Below, piece by piece: positions 34,339 through 48,649 of a DNA stretch of 64,000 nt (the first letter of the stretch is position 1; every line of letters begins with the position of its first letter). The position numbers and the translations under genes are program-made. Below the pieces are notes generated by a model. That model saw nothing but the letters and a program-made list of their open reading frames with translations. It was not told where the DNA came from and ran no database searches. The stretch lies in NCBI GenBank assembly GCA_000165345.1, contig CM000432.1, forward strand, positions 960,001-1,024,000. Reading direction: 5' to 3'.

Positions 34339-37300
34339 TTAACCTTTGATTGCTAAAGAAAGCAGCTCTTCAAAGTACTGACAACTGAGAATTTCTTTCT
34401 GACCCATTCCACCATCAGACTTTAATTGATCATTTCTTAAGGCATTATCTAACCAAATCATATAATTCTTTATATTATTAACTGAATTAATCCCTCTTTC
34501 TGGCATACCAATTGTATTAAATGTTATTGGTGAAACTAATCTTGGTTTGTTAAATATATTTTGAAGCCATGAAAACACTAATAAACCCAATTCTCTATAT
34601 TTACATTCTAAATTATTTAGATTCTTTTCTGGAGTATTTTTAGTGGAAGGTTCCCATATATATATAGAAATAGCGCTTAAAGCTCTTCTGAAACATTGTA
34701 TTCTAGCAATTATATCAGTTTTCTTTGTAATAACTATTCCTGATTCATTTTTACTTGTACCATCATTATTAATATTATTATCTTTTAATGAATAATTTAA
34801 AGAGGCAATAATATTTGATATTCTTGGAATTATATAATGATTTAATAGAATTTGACAACAAAATGAAATTGAACCATTTGTACAATAAGTTATTACTTTT
34901 TGACTTCTTGAAGGTAAATGATTTAAATTATTTTCTTTTGATTTCCTCATATGAGCTTCACTACTTATAGAATCAATTATATCAATGATACCATATAAAA
35001 TACCTCTTAATGTATTAGGAATTGCATTAATATCCAATGAAGTTATTTGTTTAATAAAATGTTCAGTTATTTCTAAAATACTCTCTTCAAATTTTATTAA
35101 ATCTTTATCTAATTCATATTGTTCTAATACTAACTTTTTGTTATCAACATTACTTTTATTTAAAGTTTTACCAATATGATTTGCATAAGGACCATCTTGT
35201 TTATTCAATATATTTATCATTACAATTTGAATATATTGTACCAAAAACGATCTATCATTTTTAGTTAAACTATTAGCTTTTAACATAATATGAAAGAAAT
35301 CATTAATTACAGATGAAGAGATCAAAATTGTATCAATTGGAATATTACTCAAGAAATTAATTTCAAAGTGAAATAGGGAGTAAAATAAATGATCAAATGA
35401 TTGTATATATATTGATAAATCAAAAATATCTTGAATTAGACTTTTCCTCTTTAAAGATGGTGCTGAATGAAGTAAAGATATTAATAACTCATAATTATAG
35501 CCAACCAAAAACCTCCAATATTCTTTTGCTAAATCAGAAGGTCTATCTACACTTGGATCCCATATATTAATTGTTGTTTTATTATCTCTAGGTAATAATA
35601 TATTATCAACAGTAGTATTAATATTATTTTCACTATTATTTACATTAATCCAAATAATTTCATCATCTTTATCTGTTTTTGTAGCTCCTTCCATTTTTTT
35701 CTTCATACATGATACTATATTTTCAACTAAATCATCAACATCATATTTTGAATAATAATATTCATGTAGATTTCTTGATTTTGGATTCAATTTCTCAACT
35801 AGATCTTTCATTTGTGGCGTTAATTTAGTCTTTCTTAACTCTGGATATCTTGTACATGAATCATGATTAAGATCCTCTTCTTTATTGTGCTGTTTTATTC
35901 CCAATGACGGTAATTTGCATGCATTATATTCTTCTGACGTTAATAATTTTTGTTCTATGGGCAAGTTTTTCCCGCTCAAACTGCAAATATTTTTATTACT
36001 AACTTCACCAATATCAAAATCTTCCCATTTAGCTACAGCATTTTTATTTAATTTTTTAGTTTCATCAATGCTGACAGTTTTTTCTTTATTAACTTCATTC
36101 ACTTTCTCGAGTTTATTCTTTAATGCATTGATAGAATCAATGTTCTCATTATTTTGTTTACTATCTCCACTTTCCTTATCTTCTAATTCGTCTTGGTTCT
36201 CTTTCAAAGTGCTCAATAAATCATCGGCTTCTCCCAATCTTGATATGACATTAAACCCACCATCCACAAAGAACTTTTCTAAAATCCAACTTGGTAAAAC
36301 TTCATTACTAACAACAATATTTGATTTCCCGCCAAAAAAGTGACTGCATACCAAATCATGCCTGTGTGAATATACAAGAAAATCTGAAGGTAAAAGAGCT
36401 AATCTTAGATGAGCAAAAAATGCTTCCATCCACTCAATAAGCAGAAGTTCAGTAAGAAGTTGTCTTTTAATTGACATAATGAAAGAGATTTTTCTTTCTC
36501 TAAGTGATGATAATTGTTGCAGTAGACTTTTAGATGCAATTTCAATTCTTTCTTGTATTTCATCATAATTTGATCTAATATCATTAATATGGTTATGCCT
36601 ACCTGATAAGTAATCTGCCAATTGTTTTTTTCTTCTATTTAGCTCTAAATCACTTTGTGATACTCCTGAATATGCCATTCTTATTGCATCTGTTGTAGAT
36701 ATTAATATATGCTCAGCTGCATCTCCAGATGAATGTTGCCCTATTAATATACAATGTGGACATAATGATATATAACAATTCATACAAACTGAGTCAATTC
36801 TTTCTGTTGAATGGTGTGGACAAAAACCAAATTGATAAGGACTTTGTGATACTGGTACTCTTTGATGTTTTGAGAGTAATCTAGTGGAAGAATGATGGAA
36901 TTCATCACATGATGCACAAAGATGAGCTTTATCTGATTCACAATATAGAGTTGACATATTAACATCACACATTTCACAGATTGGTTGTGAAATCTCTATT
37001 CTAAGTGGTTTAAATTCAACTTCTACAAGCATTGTTGGTAGTATTTGATCACAAAATTTTACTTGATAATTAGCTGTAAATGAATTTCTACTTGATGGAA
37101 CATTTATAGAGTCTTGACATTGCCATGATCTAGACATATATCCTGGAGGAAAAGGAGCTGAAGATCTTACTCCATCAATACTATCTACCATTAAAATTGG
37201 TCCTAATGCTAGAGTAAATATTCCAAATCTATAAATACCCATAGGATTTGATTCAAATCCCTTTGGAGGTGGTAATGCTCCACTCTTAAAAACCATATTT

Positions 37301-37581
37301 TTTGAGTTTACTGTTATTTTGTTTTCACCAAAAATATTGTCAAAATTCTGATTATTTGGTAATTCAGATAATTCATATATGCATTGTATTACATGACCTC
37401 CTAAATTTGATGCATATTTATTAAATCTTTCTCTTTGTTCTTTTGTTATTAAAGACCATCCTCTAGTAACATGTAAGTCTGGAGTGTAATATGAAAGTTG
37501 AATCATATATTCGCATCTAGTTAACACAAATGCATCATCAATAAGTTCTGGTATAATATCAAAGACTTTTTCTTCAAACAT
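34339..37581 (-). CDS. multidomain protein with two B-box-type zinc fingers and a C-terminal RasGAP-like region (arginine-finger-like NTLRGILYG)
   Basis: 1080-aa intronless ORF; CEMCDVNMSTLYCESDKAHLCASCDEFHHSSTRLLSKHQRV and GFCPHHSTERIDSVCMNCYISLCPHCILIGQH fit the B-box C/H spacing; C-terminal INAIPNTLRGILYGIIDIID...ISFCCQILLNHYIIPRISN resembles RasGAP TLFRGNS and FLRFICPAI blocks (weak). Confidence 0.4.
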   Translation of the reverse strand: MFEEKVFDIIPELIDDAFVLTRCEYMIQLSYYTPDLHVTRGWSLITKEQRERFNKYASNLGGHVIQCIYELSELPNNQNFDNIFGENKITVNSKNMVFKSGALPPPKGFESNPMGIYRFGIFTLALGPILMVDSIDGVRSSAPFPPGYMSRSWQCQDSINVPSSRNSFTANYQVKFCDQILPTMLVEVEFKPLRIEISQPICEMCDVNMSTLYCESDKAHLCASCDEFHHSSTRLLSKHQRVPVSQSPYQFGFCPHHSTERIDSVCMNCYISLCPHCILIGQHSSGDAAEHILISTTDAIRMAYSGVSQSDLELNRRKKQLADYLSGRHNHINDIRSNYDEIQERIEIASKSLLQQLSSLRERKISFIMSIKRQLLTELLLIEWMEAFFAHLRLALLPSDFLVYSHRHDLVCSHFFGGKSNIVVSNEVLPSWILEKFFVDGGFNVISRLGEADDLLSTLKENQDELEDKESGDSKQNNENIDSINALKNKLEKVNEVNKEKTVSIDETKKLNKNAVAKWEDFDIGEVSNKNICSLSGKNLPIEQKLLTSEEYNACKLPSLGIKQHNKEEDLNHDSCTRYPELRKTKLTPQMKDLVEKLNPKSRNLHEYYYSKYDVDDLVENIVSCMKKKMEGATKTDKDDEIIWINVNNSENNINTTVDNILLPRDNKTTINIWDPSVDRPSDLAKEYWRFLVGYNYELLISLLHSAPSLKRKSLIQDIFDLSIYIQSFDHLFYSLFHFEINFLSNIPIDTILISSSVINDFFHIMLKANSLTKNDRSFLVQYIQIVMINILNKQDGPYANHIGKTLNKSNVDNKKLVLEQYELDKDLIKFEESILEITEHFIKQITSLDINAIPNTLRGILYGIIDIIDSISSEAHMRKSKENNLNHLPSRSQKVITYCTNGSISFCCQILLNHYIIPRISNIIASLNYSLKDNNINNDGTSKNESGIVITKKTDIIARIQCFRRALSAISIYIWEPSTKNTPEKNLNNLECKYRELGLLVFSWLQNIFNKPRLVSPITFNTIGMPERGINSVNNIKNYMIWLDNALRNDQLKSDGGMGQKEILSCQYFEELLSLAIKG

Positions 37582-38017
37582 TGTTAGTAAGGTTTTAGTA
37601 GTTCTATTTCTTTAATAAACATTTAGATTTAATATATATTGTACTTCTTCCACATTCAAATTTTTCTTTTCTTTATTTTTTCTTATCTAATATTCAATGT
37701 CAAATATTTTCTCAAGCTTATTATTTTATTTCCCTCCCCCCCACACACTCCTCTCTTTCTATTTCTCTAATATTTATTCTATATATTACTTTAATGCTAT
37801 TTCAATCTTTTATTTTCTCTTTTATTTTAATCCTCAAAATTCAACTCAAACCTTATTTTTCTGTTACTTATTTAACCTTAAAAAAAAAAGAAGAAAATTG
37901 CACCTTTTATCCCGCAATATTTTCATTGTTACTTTTAATGCTTATTTATATTTAATTTATAATTATTATGTACTTGATATTCCTTTCAATTACTATACCT
38001 ACATGCATTAATAATAT

Positions 38018-38042
38018 TTAAAGATCTTCCCGCCCACACGTG
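38018..38042. promoter_or_regulatory. TCCCGCCCACACGTGGCGCTAAAAC in the divergent promoter between the B-box gene and Rab GDI (CCCGCC + CACGTG E-box + GGCGC)
   Basis: GC island ~380 bp upstream of the GDI ATG and ~440 bp upstream of the minus-strand ATG. Confidence 0.4.
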
Positions 38043-38418
38043 GCGCTAAAACCTAATTATAAATAAAATGTCATAAATTATGGGGAAAAAAGGATAAAAA
38101 TAATATTTGGGAAAAAAACAAATTTTTTTTTTTTTTTTTTCCTCAAAGTAATTTATTAAGTTTTTATATATATATCAAAGTAAGAGCCAGAGTTGTTATT
38201 ATATGTTTAAAAGGCTAAGGTCATATACTAGATTTGTTTTAACATAGGTTGAAATTATCTTGTGTGTGCATTGTGGAGGAAGAATAAGAATAGAATTGAC
38301 AAAGCAAAGAAGAGAAAGAAAAAAAAAAAATAAGCATGCAAATATTTTGACTTTTATTTTTCTTTTTTTTTCTTTATAATATTATTTGGAACAGTTGATA
38401 AAGCGATTGAATATAATA

Positions 38419-39801
38419 ATGGATGAGAAATATGATGTATTGATATGTGGAACAGGACTAACTGAATGTATAATAAGTGGTTTATTATCAACATCAGGAA
38501 AAAAAGTTTTACATATTGATAGAAATAGTTATTATGGTGGAGAAGCAGCATCTTTAAATCTAACAACATTGTATCAAAAATTTAGACCTGGTACTTCTCC
38601 TCCAGCAAATTATGGAGCTAATAGAGATTGGAATGTTGATCTAATACCAAAGTTTGTAATGGCAAGCGGTGATCTTGTAAAGATACTATTAAAAACAAAA
38701 GTAACAAGATATTTAGAATGGCAAGTAATAGAAGGAACTTATGTATATCAATTTCAAAAAGGAGGATTGTTATTTAATCCAAAATTTATACATAAGGTAC
38801 CAGCAACAGAAATGGAAGCTTTAAAGAGTCCATTACTGGGTATTATGGAAAAAAATAGATGTAGATCATTCTTTTCATTTGTAGCCAATTGGTCAGATGA
38901 CGATGTTTCAAAGCAAATGGGATTCAATAGAGATAAGAACACAATGAAAGATATTTATGATCATTTTGGTTTGTCTTCAACTACAATAGATTTTGTTGGG
39001 CATGCTTTAGCTCTATATACAAATGATGATTATATTAATAAACCATGTGGCGAAACTTTAGATAAGATCAGATTATATATGATGAGTCTAAGTAGATATG
39101 GTAAATCACCTTTTATATATCCTGTCTATGGTCTTGGAGGTTTACCAGAAGGTTTTTCAAGATTATGTGCAATTCATGGTGGTACCTTTATGTTGAATAC
39201 AAATATTGAAAAATTTCTATATGATGAACAGGGCAAAGTATCTGGTGTTGTTACATCACAAGGAAAAGCTGAATGTAAAATGGTAATTTGTGATCCATCA
39301 TACGTTTTAAATGAAAATGATAGTAAACCTAAAGTTAAATGTATTGGTAAAGTTTTACGTTGTATATGTATTTTAAATTCTCCAATTAATGATACTAATG
39401 ATGTATCTTCATGCCAAATTATTATTCCTCAAAATGAGCTTGGAAGAAAAAATGATATTTATGTTATGATGGTTTCATGTACTCATGGAGTAGCTCTTAA
39501 AGGAAAGTACATTGCAATCATATCTACTACCGTTGAAACAGAAAATCCACTTTTGGAAATTAATCCCGCAATAAAACTTTTGGGAAATTCCATTGAAGAA
39601 CAATTTTTCTATACATCTGACTTATATGAACCTATTGATTCAGGAAAAGATGACAATGTTTTTGTCTCTAAATCTTGTGATGCTTCCTCACACTTCGAAT
39701 CTCTCACCCAAGATGTATTGAGACTTTGGAAAAATATTACTGGGGAAGATTTGGACCTCACTAATATTCCTAATGAAGATGAAGCAGATGGAGAATACTG
39801 A
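38419..39801 (+). CDS. Rab GDP-dissociation inhibitor (GDI)
   Basis: true ATG at 38419; MDEKYDVLICGTGLTECIISGLLSTSGKKVLHIDRNSYYGGEAASLNL..., conserved RabGDI FAD-fold N-terminus and length (460 aa). Confidence 0.85.
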   Translation: MDEKYDVLICGTGLTECIISGLLSTSGKKVLHIDRNSYYGGEAASLNLTTLYQKFRPGTSPPANYGANRDWNVDLIPKFVMASGDLVKILLKTKVTRYLEWQVIEGTYVYQFQKGGLLFNPKFIHKVPATEMEALKSPLLGIMEKNRCRSFFSFVANWSDDDVSKQMGFNRDKNTMKDIYDHFGLSSTTIDFVGHALALYTNDDYINKPCGETLDKIRLYMMSLSRYGKSPFIYPVYGLGGLPEGFSRLCAIHGGTFMLNTNIEKFLYDEQGKVSGVVTSQGKAECKMVICDPSYVLNENDSKPKVKCIGKVLRCICILNSPINDTNDVSSCQIIIPQNELGRKNDIYVMMVSCTHGVALKGKYIAIISTTVETENPLLEINPAIKLLGNSIEEQFFYTSDLYEPIDSGKDDNVFVSKSCDASSHFESLTQDVLRLWKNITGEDLDLTNIPNEDEADGEY

Positions 39802-40273
39802 GGTAGTTTTTACTAGTTAATCCTAATAAATATTTACTTAATCGTCTACTCATAACACTACTTGGATATATACTTAAATACTTTATTATCGTAATATTAT
39901 TATCACACATTATTTCTTACTTTCTTTTTTCCCTCCCCCCTTATTTTTTGTAATTATCTATCTCTTCAACTTTCTTAAATTACTACTTATGATACTTAAG
40001 TAAATATAATTTTATCATTTTCATACACTTTAAAAATTATTTACCTAATATTAATATTATACGTCATAATTTTTGTCATTTTTTCCTATTATTAGTTCTT
40101 ATACTAATTCAATGTATTGCGTAAATACTAACTCAGATTTTATTAAAAAATCTTATCTAAAGAAAATAATTAGGGGATATATTAAAAACTCAGATTGCAT
40201 TGTTTTTATATTCAATATAATATGTTGTATTACTAAATTATTATTAAATATCATAATAAAAATTACTTTATGA

Positions 40274-40298
40274 AGCCCGCCAAAAAATGCATGTATGC
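40274..40298. promoter_or_regulatory. AGCCCGCCAAAAAATGCATGTATGCA element in the convergent 3-prime spacer between GDI and the SEC14 gene
   Basis: same motif families but located between two gene ends rather than upstream of a start. Confidence 0.3.
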
Positions 40299-40530
40299 AG
40301 AAAATAATTAAATTAATTGGGAATTAAATTATTTTTTATCCCATATTTTTTCTTAAAAAAATGAAAATGAAGTTCCTTAACCAAACCCCATTATTTAGTC
40401 AATTATATTCGTTTATTTTTACTTTCTTGAGCAATGTTATTTACTATTTTTAATTTATTTCTACCAATAAATAAATAAATAAATAATATATACATTTACT
40501 TAAAACCATTTTGATCATTTAAGTTTTAAA

Positions 40531-43722
<3,192 letters not shown>

Positions 43723-44815
43723 TTTAATAATAATCAATAAATAAAAGAATTTATCAAATATATATATATAATCCAATTAGAAAAAGTTTTTTTTTTTTTT
43801 ATTTTTATTTTTTTTTTTATTAGTATTTTAAAATTATGATAATATTCTATTATTTAATTCCTGTATACTTCAAATTTTAAATACTCAATTCTGAATACTA
43901 GCTTTACTCAATTGGACAAACTGAATCATTTCAAGGCAAATTACTGCCAATCCTAAATTTTTTATTTATTTATTTTATTCAATTCCAATTAATTTCAAAC
44001 GCTATTTTTAGTTCAGCTTAACACTACTTAAAAATGGAAGAAATCAAGTCTAGCCAATTATTCTATACATCTTTGACATTTATTTGCTATTGATTCCAAA
44101 ATCCGTCAATTTACCTCCTCTTTTTCTCTGATTCTTTAACCTCTTTATTATTTTAATCTTTTTTGCGTTTTTAGATATATTTTACATAAATTAGTGTGAG
44201 GGATGGCGCCAACTATATTAATAAAGGGGGGCAATTATTATAATAATTATACACGTAACTGAATATTAATGCACGAAAATTAGTTTATTTAACTTGCAAA
44301 ATAGCAAATATAATTTATTGCAAGTAAATATTTAATTTTATAATAATTTTATTATGAGCAAAATTATTATTTGCTCTCAGTTTTGGTAATGATTACTTAT
44401 GTATAAAATAAAAATAAAGGATCGAAACTTATTCTTGTTTATTATAGACAAAATTATTAGAATTTTTTTTTGCGCATGCAATTTGACCACATAAAATTTG
44501 CCTTGCATGCATTAAAGTGGCAGCATATAGACGAAATATATATATTTATATATTATGAATATTTTTTAAATAAATAATAAAGAAAAAAAGGAATAATAAT
44601 AAAATCATGAATTAATATAATCAATACTTTAAAAATTAATAATTTCCGCCGGACTCGAAGCGAAATTTGAATTTACTTCATTTTCTGGTAAATTGAAGAA
44701 AATGTATTTACAGATGCATTTAATATATTCGCTATCGTAAAAGAAAAAAAACCTTCAGATAATAAAGGGAAAATAATATAAATTATGAGTTAATATATTT
44801 GTTTTTCAATAATAG

Positions 44816-45842
44816 TTAGTTGAACGCATTAAAGCTTTTATCAATAGCTTCAACACATGCAATTTTATAATGATTACAATTTACTGAGCTAAGCTCATTC
44901 AAGTATTTTTCAGGTTCGTCTTTTAAATTTAGGAAATAACTACAAGTTATTAAGTTAGAAAGTGTAACTTGGCATTTAGGATCTATTTTATAAGCATTTA
45001 AAAGAAGTTCGTAAGCATCATTCCAATGTTGTCTTTGCATATGTATTACAGATATCCCATTCAAAATAATAATTGATTGTGAGTCTCTTGCTTTAGATGG
45101 AAGTCTGAAGGAAGAATTCTCACCAAAATCAGTCTGCATATTTGCATAAGTGATAAAAGATGAGTTATATTCACCTTTAAGGCACTGTAACCAAGCTAAT
45201 GCGGTTCTAACTAGAGAAGATTCTTTAAAATTAGAAAGGGAATGATAGTTCTCCAATTCACAAGTATACGTATCATAATTCTCAATCAAATCATCAAATA
45301 AAGATTGTGCCAAATCATATCTATTCATAATGCAAAAAACAAAAACTTGTATAATCTTTAAACTTGGTGGAGCACATTCTGTGATTGATAATGCTGATTT
45401 AAAATCATTCATATATAAATTCATTAATAATAGTATAACATCAATCATCACAATTTTATTATTATTATGTACATATAATTGCATCATTTCATTAATTAGT
45501 TCATACCTTCTTTCATCTGTAGTTTCTGGTAAATTAAAAATGGTAAACAAACAAACAGCTGCAATACCAAACTTTTGATTTGAAATAGATTCTGAATAAT
45601 ATGATCCTATTGAATCCTTTTCTATTTGATTCAAATGAATTTTACATCTAAATTGAATAAGTTCCAAAAGTACGTCCACATCGAAATCTTGACTTCTGAT
45701 ATGTTCTGCTTCTTTTATCAGCATTAACACTTTTTCATAGTATCCTGAATTCATACAATTTTCAATCTAAAAATAAATAATTAAATTAACAATTATTATA
45801 TTTAAAGCTTACCTCATTAATTTCTTCCGAGTAGAGGCTCAT
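44816..45842 (-). CDS. coatomer epsilon subunit (COPE/Sec28); two exons with a 46-nt intron (45767-45812)
   Basis: TPR-like ORF; LAWLQCLKGEYNSSFITYANMQ...IIILNGISVIHMQRQHWNDAYELLLNAYKIDPKCQVTLSNLI matches human COPE [23 protein letters not shown]...[42 protein letters not shown]; upstream exon ATGAGCCTCTACTCGGAAGAAATTAATGAG followed by GTAAGC...TTTTTAG joins in frame (MSLYSEEINE-IENCMNSGYYE). Confidence 0.6.
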
Positions 45843-46293
45843 TTTCATATAGTTTTTGTTCGTTTTAATGTGTGTATATATTTATAAGTTTTATATTTAA
45901 TAATTGCAATTAACACTAGAAAATATTATTTGCTTATTATTTTTATAATAATATAAAAATTAGAAACAAAAATATTTAGGCTTTTATATTAAATCAAAAA
46001 AATAACTTATTTAAACAATTTGTTCTTTCTTTTTATATTAATTATTCACAATCTTTCATTAACTATTATTTTGTAAATCAATTTGGTATTCTTTTATTTA
46101 TTAAATCCTAGATTTGATTTTGGTAAATAAATATATTTATCAATTACCACTTTGATCTTTGTTAATAAGTTTTATCATATAACTGTATTATACTATTTTG
46201 TGCACTTCTTAAAGAAGAAATTGAGTAGAAAACCCCTCAAACTAATTTGTTTACATACAAAACATTCCCGCTCAAATCAATCAAATTTAGGTA

Positions 46294-46306
46294 ATGGCGC
46301 CTAACT
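46294..46306. promoter_or_regulatory. ATGGCGCCTAACT site (plus TTCCCGCTC 25 bp upstream and GAGGCGCTT 15 bp downstream) in the divergent promoter COPE / RMD1
   Basis: GC island ~350 bp upstream of the 46655 ATG. Confidence 0.35.
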
Positions 46307-46654
46307 TAAATATTAGTGAGAGGCGCTTATTCTATTAATTGCAATAATGGAGCATAATGACATTATTTGTAGAAAAGAGTAACTTGCGATATTTAGGAAG
46401 AAAAATTAAAATTAATTTGTTCAAAATTAATTTATATATAAATAAAAATATATATATACATTTATAGATAAATCTGTAAGTGTGTATATATATTCATATA
46501 TATAAATATATATATATGAATATATATATATATAAACATTTATATATTTTGCATGATTTTATAAAGTAGATTCAACAAGAAGAGAGAGTATTGAACTGAT
46601 ATATATAATTAAAGCAATAGTACCTAAAGAAGAAGTAAGAATCATTTTATAAAT

Positions 46655-47620
46655 ATGGAAGATATTGACTTTCATTCAGATGGTAACTTGAAGAGTAGAC
46701 AATTCAAATCTTCAATTCGTGTTGCACGAAAACGAGCGGATATCCAAACATCTTTAAAAGAGCTCGAGCAAGAAATTAAAGAACCAGCTGGTATGGTATG
46801 GGCATGTTGCTTTGCAAATGAAATGGACTTTCCAATGATTCTTGAAGCTTGGAAACAAGGAGATTTATCTTCTAAACAAATACATATTGAAATGACATTT
46901 AGTGAGGTAGTATGCTTAAGATGGCTGCAAAACAGAATTTGTTATGTTTTTAAATTTGGCTGTGTTGTTGGATGGGATTTAACAAGAGCTGAAAGAGTTG
47001 CAATAGTCAATATATTAAAAACATTTATTAAGCAACCATTACATATAAGAACTGATGAATCTCAGGATGATGATATGACTTATGTTTGGGGAGAAAGACC
47101 ATCCATTAAGCAAGATAACATTCATTTAGTTTCCGATTCATTATTAGAAAGATTAAGTTATAGCTATGCATTAAGTCAAAGTGTAAAACTTTCTGTTTTT
47201 GAAAGTGTTGTTGATCAAAATATTGATAGTACCAGATCACTCCCAGAAAGCTTGGCTAAAAGTGGCACAATCAAAGATAATAGAGAAGATATTAGTAAAA
47301 GAATTGGTGAACTTTTTATTAATCGTTTTTATATTAATTTGCAAACTGATATTTTAGATACACCAGATATATTTTGGGATTTGCAAGATTATGAGCCACA
47401 TTATATTACTTGCAGAAATTATTTAGATATACCTAAAAGAGTTGAAATCCTTAATCAAAGATTGGATATCATTAAAGACTTATATGATATGCTAAATAAT
47501 GAGTTATCCCTTCAACACGGTTATAAGCTCGAATGGATTGTTATTTATTTGATTTGTGCTGAAATTGTTATTGAGGTTGTTTGGAATATATTAATTAGAG
47601 ATATTTTCAACCTTGTATAA
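46655..47620 (+). CDS. RMD1/DUF155-family protein (Sad1-interacting factor-like)
   Basis: VFKFGCVVGWDLTRAERVAIVNILK...YVWGERPSIKQDNIHLV...YSYALSQSVKLSVFE...RIGELFINRFYINLQTDILD follows the DUF155 conserved blocks; C-terminal hydrophobic helix. Confidence 0.6.
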   Translation: MEDIDFHSDGNLKSRQFKSSIRVARKRADIQTSLKELEQEIKEPAGMVWACCFANEMDFPMILEAWKQGDLSSKQIHIEMTFSEVVCLRWLQNRICYVFKFGCVVGWDLTRAERVAIVNILKTFIKQPLHIRTDESQDDDMTYVWGERPSIKQDNIHLVSDSLLERLSYSYALSQSVKLSVFESVVDQNIDSTRSLPESLAKSGTIKDNREDISKRIGELFINRFYINLQTDILDTPDIFWDLQDYEPHYITCRNYLDIPKRVEILNQRLDIIKDLYDMLNNELSLQHGYKLEWIVIYLICAEIVIEVVWNILIRDIFNLV

Positions 47621-48203
47621 TAATTTTTGTTATTTGAATTTTAATATTCAAATTAATTAGTTTTTTTTTTCAGTAGAAATTCATAATATTAACTATTAAA
47701 TATATAAAATTATTCAAATATAAATATTAAGTTCTTTTTCGTAATTATTTTTTGGTTAAATAATAAATTACATGTAATCATTTGCACACGAACTTTTTTT
47801 TTAATTTAATATTTTCTTCTATATACTAAAATTTTCTTAATATTACCTATTACTATTGATTTTTGCTTTAAATACTACCTATTTTCACAACTTATTTTAC
47901 TAACTACTATTGTATAAACAAACTACAGCAAACTTACTTCCCTTATCTCATTATTTTCTTTCTTATCTCCATTATTTTTTTTTTCTTTCCCCCTCCCCCT
48001 TTTCTTTTTCTCCCCCCTTTTGAAATTTATTTGACTAAACTATTTTGCATGTAAATTATAAAATATTTTATATAAATGGCGGGCTTTTCGAATATTAATT
48101 AATAATATGAACTAGAAATTGTTTTTAATCCACACAGTAATTAAAATACAAGTTATTTACAATACCAATAAAAAAAAAATAAAATTAAATTAAAAAAAAA
48201 AAT

Positions 48204-48234
<31 letters not shown>

Positions 48235-48649
48235 TTATATATAGATATATATAATATATATTTTAAATAAAGTACTATTACAAGTGCATTGAAAGAAAGA
48301 AAGAAAGGCAGGTCCAATAATTATATACAGATATCATCATACATATATTTCTGTTAAGTTCATGAAACTTTAAAATTAACAAATTGTTATATTTTAAAAA
48401 TAAAAGAAAATTTAACACATATGGTTGATCTAGTCTAATTGGTTTTTTATTTTATTTTAATTTGGAAATTACTATTACTAATTAACATTAATCAATTTTG
48501 ACTAAATTATATCTTACAGGAAAACTTATATTAAAAAAAACATCAAAAAAAAACAACAAAAACAAGAAATAAGGAAATATTAATTGATTTATATTTATGT
48601 GCATGTTATCGTATTTACAAAAATTATTTTAATAGGAAATTAAAAAAAA

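Noticed and set aside
44640-44670. CCGCCGGACTCGAAGCG as a tRNA T-loop fragment
   Set aside because: It resembles GGTTCGAATCC only superficially. There is no acceptor or anticodon stem in the flanking sequence, and the surrounding 80 bp are AT-only.
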